A stretch of DNA of 64,000 nt from Eukaryota sp. TZLM1-RC. Taxonomy: Eukaryota; Protista; Metamonada: BaSk clade. Below are positions 62,472 to 64,000 of this stretch, one piece after another (within the stretch, counting starts at the first letter, position 1; every line of letters starts with the position of its first letter). The position numbers and the translations under genes were made by a program. The stretch lies in the NCBI GenBank assembly GCA_040285825.1, contig JAUPSS010000006.1, forward strand, positions 806,001 through 870,000, written 5' to 3'. The notes beneath the pieces were generated by a model. That model ran no database searches and was not told where the DNA came from. It saw nothing but the letters and a program-made list of their open reading frames with translations.

Positions 62472-64000
62472 CTTTTTTTAACTGGAATATTTATTGAGAT
62501 AAAAAAACCCATCTAAAATTCAATATCCTCCAAACAAGGGTCTCTATTACTAAACCTACTCACGGCATGACGTTCATATTCTACACCAATAGCTAAAAGT
62601 GCCTTTGAAATCATTGTTGGAAGACTTGAAAATGCAAAAAACAATTCTATTTAACCAGAAAGTGGAGTACATTGTTTTACCAGACCTATTCAGTAACACT
62701 TTTTTGAAGTCTTCAAAAAAGTGCAACCCTCAAGGTCCAATATTGCCAAAAAAAGAAATTGCAAACGGTACAAACTAATATTTCACATGTTCCACTCTAC
62801 CTCACTGTGCCAAAGGTTCTTCATATTTTTTTATCTTCTTTTTTTCGGCATTAGATAACAACGAATCAGCGGAATACACTAAACGAGCAGCAGAACTTCT
62901 GCAAACATCAACTGAGACAACATCTACACCATTGAGAACACCATCGATCCCTGGAGCTACTAAATCTGCCCTTCTTTTACCAAAGGAATCATCAGTTTGA
63001 TCTGAAGACAGCTTACGTACTAGTGGCTCAATAAATGCCTCCATATTAAAACTTTTGCACATGTCATATAATTGATCAAGAACTGAGTCATGAACAATTG
63101 AGCGATAAGTTATAAAATACTTACAGTTAAAAATATGAGAAAGCGTAACAACACTCTTGCAGCGACAAATTAAATCATTTGGTAGAGAACAAGGCCATAG
63201 AAAACATCTCATTCTCTTTGCAGTGGTCCATTGGTGGTCATTAAGTAGAAGGCCATAAATGTTGGGAATTTGGGAGATTTGGCAACTTGAGCAACTGTCT
63301 TCAAGATCAATCAAAAAGTTTGCAAAAACGGGATTTTTTTCCTTAGCCAAGCTAAGACGTACAATATAATCCAAGTATTCTGAAACTTTCAAGATTTTTT
63401 TCTGCAATTTTGCAAAAGTCAGTGGTAAGGAGAGCAAGCTTCTTGAAGGAAGTTCCACAATATCAGAGGGGAAACATTTAGCCCAAATATTGGGTGAAAG
63501 AGTTTTAATTTCCTGTTGCAAAGAAATAAGATAAGAGCTACCACAATTTTCAATGAGATCAATTTTTTCAGGAAAACGATTCACAAATTCATAAATAAAG
63601 TTTTTACCACCTCCAATAAAGGCAGCTTTACACCGGTAGCTTGATTGATGAAAATCAACCACCAAAATTTGCACCACAAAAAATGTGGCTTCGTAACTGA
63701 GATGCATCAATTTCCAATAATTTTGCTAAAAAATTGGTTCTTTGTTCATTAAAAATGCGACAAAACTCCAAAGAAATTGATGGTGATGTTGATCTCAAAG
63801 TATGAGTAAATTTTCCAGAATAACAAATTTTTAGGAAAAAGAATTTCAAATGTTTCTCAATATTTAAATTTTCTATTGATTCTAATTCATTCCCAAATTG
63901 AGTCAACAGAGTCAAAAGTTGGCTTTTGACTTCATCAATATTTCCGAAATAACAACCCAAAAAACGAAAACCAGACTGATCATAATTGATAAAGGGAACA
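62472..64000 (-). mobile_element. Largest CRE-like RLE fragment (thumb, linker, zinc knuckle, endonuclease, 3' UTR), running off the window
   Basis: CRCKSVVTLSHIFNC, HDSV.D, EPLV, RRADL, KKIKKY, FVPFAISFFG. 3' UTR piece 62472-62537 recurs inverted at about 30860-30926. Confidence 0.93.

Overview
AT-rich eukaryotic (protist-like) genomic DNA; the two introns seen are about 30 nt. Intact-looking host genes are few and lie between 41 and 59 kb: an EEF1AKMT4/METTL13-N-type methyltransferase with a 30-nt intron, XPD/ERCC2, two paralogous RCC1+LRR/FNIP-like genes and a small SMP/LEA-like ORF. A RING-kinase-LRR gene at 38.6-40.3 kb is disrupted. The rest is a patchwork of short (about 0.1-2.5 kb) transposon pieces in both orientations: about 18 fragments of CRE-like RLE non-LTR retrotransposons, internally deleted Ty3/Gypsy elements with about 150-170 bp LTRs, a MULE transposase pseudogene, a hAT-type MITE and two tRNA-like repeat families. 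The first 15.8 kb is an inverted duplication (1-2828 vs 12946-15773) with a third, older copy at about 26.0-28.5 kb. Most unusual signals: (i) an ultra-compact LTR family whose gag ATG lies inside the LTR, whose pol reads through the PPT, and which lacks a canonical tRNA PBS; (ii) a CpG-rich double-palindrome motif found both inside the RCC1 genes and outside ORFs; (iii) a sharp identity step inside the inverted repeat; (iv) variable LRR faces in the RCC1-LRR paralogs. All calls come from reading the sequence and recognising motifs by eye; no searches were run, and fragment boundaries are approximate unless stated otherwise.
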